Source: Elusimicrobiota bacterium
Lineage (GTDB): Bacteria; CG03
Assembly: GCA_021161625.1 (NCBI GenBank)
Contig: JAGHAG010000096.1
Coordinates: forward strand, 1-36,359
Reading direction: 5' to 3'
Length of the DNA stretch: 36,359 bases
The notes beneath the pieces were generated by a model. It was not told where the DNA came from, ran no database searches, and saw only the letters and a list, made by a program, of their open reading frames with translations. The stretch's first letter is position 1. Each line of letters starts with the position of its first letter. The position numbers were made by a program, and so were the translations under genes. Below, piece after piece: positions 32,532 through 36,359 of this stretch.

Positions 32532-33574
32532 AATCAAGAGAATTTATGGCTGCATTGGACCAGATTGAATATGAAAAGGGCATCCCCAAAAATGAAATTA
32601 TGGAACTGATAGAAAATGCGGTTCGCAAAGCCCTTGAAAAACATTATTATCTTGCATCCCGCTACAGAGTGGCTCTTGATAGAGAAACAGGTAAAATTTC
32701 AGCGTGGGGTATAAAAAAAGTTTGTAAAGAAGTTGAAAATCCAAAAGAGGAAATTTCTCTTAAAGAAGCAAAAAGGATAAAGCCCGAAGTTGAGATTCAA
32801 GAAGAAATTGAGATACCCATAGATATCAATGAAATTGCCCGAATTGCAAGCGAAACCACCCAGAAGGTTATATCCCAGAGAATAAGGGAGCATGAAAAAA
32901 GCATAATATACAAAAAATACAAATCCCTGATCGGTGAAGTTATTACTGGAAGGGTTTTCAGATTTATAGGGAGGAAGGCAATAATTGATTTAAACGATAC
33001 AGAAGCAATTCTTCCTGCAGACGCTCAGATACCAAAACAGTTTTTGAGATTAAATTCACATATCAGAGCACTTGTTCAGGATGTTTCAGGAAATGAAAAA
33101 AAATTCAATATAATTCTTTCAAGAACTTCACCTGAACTTGTTAAAAAACTTTTAAGAGAAGAAGTTCCAGAAGTGGCAAGTGGAGAGGTTGAAATTTTAA
33201 AAGTTGTAAGGGAGCCGGGTTTAAGGTCAAAAATTCTGGTTTCAACGAAAAATAAAAAAGTTGACCCTGTTGGAACATGTGTTGGCATGAGAGGAGCAAG
33301 GATCAAAACAATAATAAACGAACTTGGTGGAGAAAAGATGGATGTAATAAATGCCAATTTGCCTTTAAAAAATTTAATCGCAGCCTCTTTGGCACCTGTA
33401 AAACTGGCGCCTCAGAATGTTGAGATTGTTGATGAAGAAAAGAAAATTGCAAGGGTTTTTGTTACTCCTTCCCAGAGACCGCAGGTAATAGGAGTGGATG
33501 GGAAGAATATCGCCCTTGCAGGGCAACTGCTTGGATGGAAAATAGAAGTGGAAAACTTGCAGGAGAAAAAATGA
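32528..33574 (+). CDS. nusA: Transcription termination/antitermination factor NusA
   Basis: S1 domain GEVITGRVFRF and KH-region DPVGTCVGMRGARIKTIINELGGEKMDV. Confidence 0.95.
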   Translation: MKSREFMAALDQIEYEKGIPKNEIMELIENAVRKALEKHYYLASRYRVALDRETGKISAWGIKKVCKEVENPKEEISLKEAKRIKPEVEIQEEIEIPIDINEIARIASETTQKVISQRIREHEKSIIYKKYKSLIGEVITGRVFRFIGRKAIIDLNDTEAILPADAQIPKQFLRLNSHIRALVQDVSGNEKKFNIILSRTSPELVKKLLREEVPEVASGEVEILKVVREPGLRSKILVSTKNKKVDPVGTCVGMRGARIKTIINELGGEKMDVINANLPLKNLIAASLAPVKLAPQNVEIVDEEKKIARVFVTPSQRPQVIGVDGKNIALAGQLLGWKIEVENLQEKK

Positions 33575-35802
33575 GGGTAAGAGATCTGGCAAAAGAACTT
33601 GGCATTTCTTCAAAGGAGTTGATATCTCAACTTGAAAAAATAGGCATAAAGGGTAAAAAAGCTCCATCCGGACTTTCAGAAGAAGAGTTGGAAAAGTTTT
33701 ATTCACACAAAAAAGGAAAACAAGCCCAAAAGGAAGAAGCAATTCAGGAAGTTTCAAAAAAGCCCGTAAAAAAAACAGGAAAGAAGAAAGCAGACAAAGT
33801 TATAACTGTTTCAAAACTTGCAAAAGAACTGGGGGCAGAAAGTAAGGTTGTAATTGAAGAAATAAAAAAAGCAGGTTTTGGAAGTAAAAGGGCAAATTCC
33901 GGCTTAACACAGGAGGAGGCGGATAGAATAAGGGATATTTTCTTAAATCCTCCTGAGCAGAAAGCAGAGGAGAAGGTAGAAGAAAAAAAGGTAGTTCAAA
34001 AGATAGAAGAAGCCAAAGAAAAAGTAGAGGAAAAACCTGAAGAAATCACACCACAAAAAAATATCATAAAAATAGATGTTACCACAACTGTTGGAGAACT
34101 TGCCGAAAAGATGGGACTCAAACCAGGTGATCTTATAAAGAAACTTTTAAAACAGGGGATTGTTGCAACAATCAATCAGCGTCTTGATTTAGAAGTTGCC
34201 TCACTGATTGTTCAGGAAGAGGGGTTTGAGCCAGAAATTGTTGACATATATGAAGATGAAATAGAAAAGGAAGATGACAGACAGCCACAGCGCGCCCGCC
34301 CGCGTCCCCCGATTGTTACGGTTATGGGGCATGTTGACCATGGAAAGACCTCTCTTCTTGATTATATTAGAAAGTCGCATATAGCACAGAAAGAGGCAGG
34401 CGCCATTACCCAGCATATAGGAGCATATCAGATAGACCACAAAGGTTCAAAAATAACTTTTATAGACACTCCTGGTCATGAAGCATTTACAACAATGCGG
34501 TTAAGAGGTGCCCAGGTCACAGACATTGTGGTTCTTGTTGTTGCTGCAGATGATGGGGTTATGCCACAGACAAGAGAAGCAATAAGTCATGCCCGTCTTG
34601 CAGGGGTTCCTATAATTGTTGCAATAAACAAAATAGACCTTCCTCAGGCAAATGTTGAAAATGTAAAACAGCAACTTACTTCTGAAAATTTGATACCTGA
34701 GGAATGGGGAGGTAAAACAATTGTAATACCGATTTCTGCAAAAACCGGACAGGGTGTTGATGAATTGCTGGATATGATTATTTTACAGGCAGAACTCAAT
34801 GAAATAAAAGCAGACCCTGAATGCAGGGCAAGAGGTGTTGTGCTTGAGGCAACTCTGGATAAAAGAAGGGGTCCTGTTGCCACAGTAATTATTCTTGAAG
34901 GCACATTAAAAATAGGTGAGCCTTTTATCTGTGGATTTACAGGTGGTAAAGTAAGAGCCATGCAGAAAGACGACGGCTCTTTTACAAGACAAGCCCCACC
35001 AGGAACTCCTGTTGAAATTTTAGGATTTTCTGACCTTCCTCAGGCAGGCGATGAGTTCAGAGGTATAAAAAATGAAAGACAACTCAGGGATATAATAGAA
35101 TCAAGGAAAAAGGTTCTGGCTGAAATGAAGAAAAAAACGCAAGTTCTTTCCGGAAGCATTATTGATGATGAAAGGTGTCTCCGTTTGATTATAAAAGCAG
35201 ATGTTTCAGGAACTCTTGAAGCAATAAAAGATGCCCTTTCAAAACTTTCCCATCCTGAAGTTAGTGTGAAAATTGTCCACGCAGGCGTCGGAATTATCAA
35301 CAAAAGCGATGTTCTACTTGCCGAGGCGTCAAAGTCAATGATAATAGGGTTCAATGTTAAGGTTGACCCTCAGGCTGAGACAGAAGCAGGCAAAAGTTTT
35401 GTTGAGATAAGAAATTACAATGTAATATACCATCTTATTGATGACATAAAAAAAGCACTTGAAGGAAAACTTGCACCGGTTTATAAAGAAGAAAAAATTG
35501 GTGAAGCAGAGGTTTTAAAGATTTTTTACATATCAAGGATTGGCACAATTGCAGGCTGCATTGTAAAGCAGGGCAGAATAAAAAACGCAGCCCCGGCCCA
35601 GCTTGTAAGGGATGGAAACATTGTTTATAAAGGAGAAATTGCCTCTCTTAGAAGATTCAAGGAAGATGTCTCTGAAGTTCAGGAAGGTATAGAATGTGGA
35701 ATTTTGCTTAAAAATTTCAGTGACATAAAACCCGGTGACATTATAGAAGTTTTTAAAAAGGAAAGAATTGCAAGGGCACTGGAAGAGGAAATTGAAAAAT
35801 GA
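33571..35802 (+). CDS. infB: Translation initiation factor IF-2
   Basis: G-domain [24 protein letters not shown] and NKID. The start was set to [11 protein letters not shown] (ATGA overlap with the nusA stop). The ORF is open from 33535. Confidence 0.95.
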   Translation: MRVRDLAKELGISSKELISQLEKIGIKGKKAPSGLSEEELEKFYSHKKGKQAQKEEAIQEVSKKPVKKTGKKKADKVITVSKLAKELGAESKVVIEEIKKAGFGSKRANSGLTQEEADRIRDIFLNPPEQKAEEKVEEKKVVQKIEEAKEKVEEKPEEITPQKNIIKIDVTTTVGELAEKMGLKPGDLIKKLLKQGIVATINQRLDLEVASLIVQEEGFEPEIVDIYEDEIEKEDDRQPQRARPRPPIVTVMGHVDHGKTSLLDYIRKSHIAQKEAGAITQHIGAYQIDHKGSKITFIDTPGHEAFTTMRLRGAQVTDIVVLVVAADDGVMPQTREAISHARLAGVPIIVAINKIDLPQANVENVKQQLTSENLIPEEWGGKTIVIPISAKTGQGVDELLDMIILQAELNEIKADPECRARGVVLEATLDKRRGPVATVIILEGTLKIGEPFICGFTGGKVRAMQKDDGSFTRQAPPGTPVEILGFSDLPQAGDEFRGIKNERQLRDIIESRKKVLAEMKKKTQVLSGSIIDDERCLRLIIKADVSGTLEAIKDALSKLSHPEVSVKIVHAGVGIINKSDVLLAEASKSMIIGFNVKVDPQAETEAGKSFVEIRNYNVIYHLIDDIKKALEGKLAPVYKEEKIGEAEVLKIFYISRIGTIAGCIVKQGRIKNAAPAQLVRDGNIVYKGEIASLRRFKEDVSEVQEGIECGILLKNFSDIKPGDIIEVFKKERIARALEEEIEK

Positions 35803-36161
35803 AGGGCTGGAGAAGCCAGCGACTTTCAAAACAGTTGAGGCGTGAAATAAATGAAATCATAAAAAGTGATTTCCAGATACCTGAATCAATAATTCTTACA
35901 GTTACGGATGTTACGATTTCAAAGGATTTTAGAAGTTGTAAGGTTTTTTTAAGCATTTTTTCGTGTGAAGATGAATCTATTGAGGATGCTGAAAAATATA
36001 TTCTTGAACTTTTTACCCAGAAAGCAGGTTATTTTAAGTATATAATTGGCAAGCATATGAGGATAAAAAAAATTCCAAATGTTTCGTTTGTAATTGACCA
36101 CACACCAAAAAAGGCGGCAGAGGTTTTTGACATTCTTGATAGAATTTCAAAATCAAAATAA
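35799..36161 (+). CDS. rbfA: Ribosome-binding factor A
   Basis: 120 aa. QRLSKQLRREINEII at the N-terminus. Position after infB, with an ATGA overlap. Confidence 0.9.
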   Translation: MKGWRSQRLSKQLRREINEIIKSDFQIPESIILTVTDVTISKDFRSCKVFLSIFSCEDESIEDAEKYILELFTQKAGYFKYIIGKHMRIKKIPNVSFVIDHTPKKAAEVFDILDRISKSK

Positions 36162-36166
36162 GAAAA

Positions 36167-36234
36167 GTGATATGGAGACAAGAAAATAAAGTGACAAGGA
36201 AAAAAGAGGATAGAGGACAGAGGATAGAGGAAAG
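36167..36234 (+). repeat. Mosaic intergenic repeat: GTGATATGGAGACAAG, GTGACAAG and a GGA heptad array
   Basis: GTGATATGGAGACAAG (36167-36182) is nearly identical to 21300-21322. GTGACAAG lies at 36191. AGGATAG AGGACAG AGGATAG AGGAAAG spans 36207-36234. Starts 6 nt after the rbfA stop. Confidence 0.75.
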
Positions 36235-36243
36235 AAAGAAATG

Positions 36244-36290
36244 TTAAATCACAAATTCCAAACAAGGATTAAATCCCAAATTCCAAATAA
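36244..36290 (+). repeat. Tandem direct repeat, two units with a 25-nt period
   Basis: TTAAATCACAAATTCCAAACAA (36244-36265) and TTAAATCCCAAATTCCAAATAA (36269-36290) match at 20 of 22 positions. Confidence 0.6.
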
Positions 36291-36297
36291 CAAACCA

Positions 36298-36345
36298 CAG
36301 CCCATCTCCAGATGGGCTGGGCCCCGCCCTTTTGAAAAAGGGCGG
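36298..36345. terminator. Two adjacent GC-rich hairpins, possibly terminators for a convergent gene beyond the window
   Basis: CAGCCCATCT-CC-AGATGGGCTG (36298-36319) and CCGCCCTTTT-GA-AAAAGGGCGG (36324-36345). The T-rich run follows only on the minus strand (TGGTTTGTTATTTGG). Confidence 0.4.
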
Positions 36346-36359
36346 TGGTCCCAAACAAA

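Noticed and set aside
36298-36359. The GC-rich terminal segment as the start or end of a known structured RNA (tmRNA, RNase P RNA, SRP RNA or tRNA).
   Set aside because: On either strand there is no match to the conserved 5'/3' motifs I can recall: no tmRNA GGGGCUGA... start, no RNase P P4 or GGAAAGUCCGGGC core, no SRP GGAA/AGCA tetraloop helix, and no T-arm. The fragment is too short to judge further.
1-36359. An alternative genetic code (UGA or UAG reassignment), as seen in some uncultivated lineages.
   Set aside because: All conserved housekeeping proteins (dnaG, rpoD, infB, murC, nusA and others) are full length and end at sensible positions under the standard code. TGA, TAA and TAG all serve as terminators.

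Overview
This is a visibly AT-rich bacterial chromosomal segment. It is densely coding, uses the standard genetic code, and has many overlapping start/stop codons. No rRNA, CRISPR array, transposase or integrase is present.

Most of the window is housekeeping:
- ftsE-ftsX, followed by the first 43 codons of a secreted coiled-coil (EnvC-like) gene
- csaB plus a large polytopic membrane protein
- cdd-udp
- a minus-strand operon: rng, pilin, REC-TM-Ig protein, HAMP stub, murI, queD
- tRNA-Val(UAC)
- arfB, a phosphorylase-family gene, GT2, an unknown gene, and an SPL-family radical SAM gene
- a PIN toxin/antitoxin pair
- a GspG-like pseudopilin, then queC-queE
- a Nox/CoA-disulfide-reductase-like flavoprotein and a HIT protein
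- rpsU, NIF3-like, dnaG, rpoD, murC
- rimP-nusA-infB-rbfA

Four things are not ordinary:
1. Two back-to-back giant proteins that are entirely coiled-coil (5444-12477, about 7 kb). The first is split by a -1 frame change at an A5G run. The second ends in a MinD-like amphipathic tail.
2. A 31-nt hairpin family with a conserved AGNAAAC loop and compensatory arm changes, present three times. Two copies lie in frame inside coding sequence, and one of those duplicates the prepilin G|FTL cleavage motif. Two copies bracket the PIN TA cassette.
3. A mosaic family of C-poor, GGA-rich degenerate heptad arrays (WGGAHAG)n starting at or just after stop codons at four loci, with related degenerate heptads at a fifth (12497-12631). 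They are mixed with shared 16-mers, a GCAGAC hairpin and a shared C6/G6 hairpin module.
4. A response-regulator-like protein with Glu at the phospho-acceptor position, three TM helices and a predicted extracytoplasmic FlgD-Ig-like domain. It sits between a pilin and a HAMP-only stub.

All functional calls rest on motifs read by eye from the translations. No database search was run.
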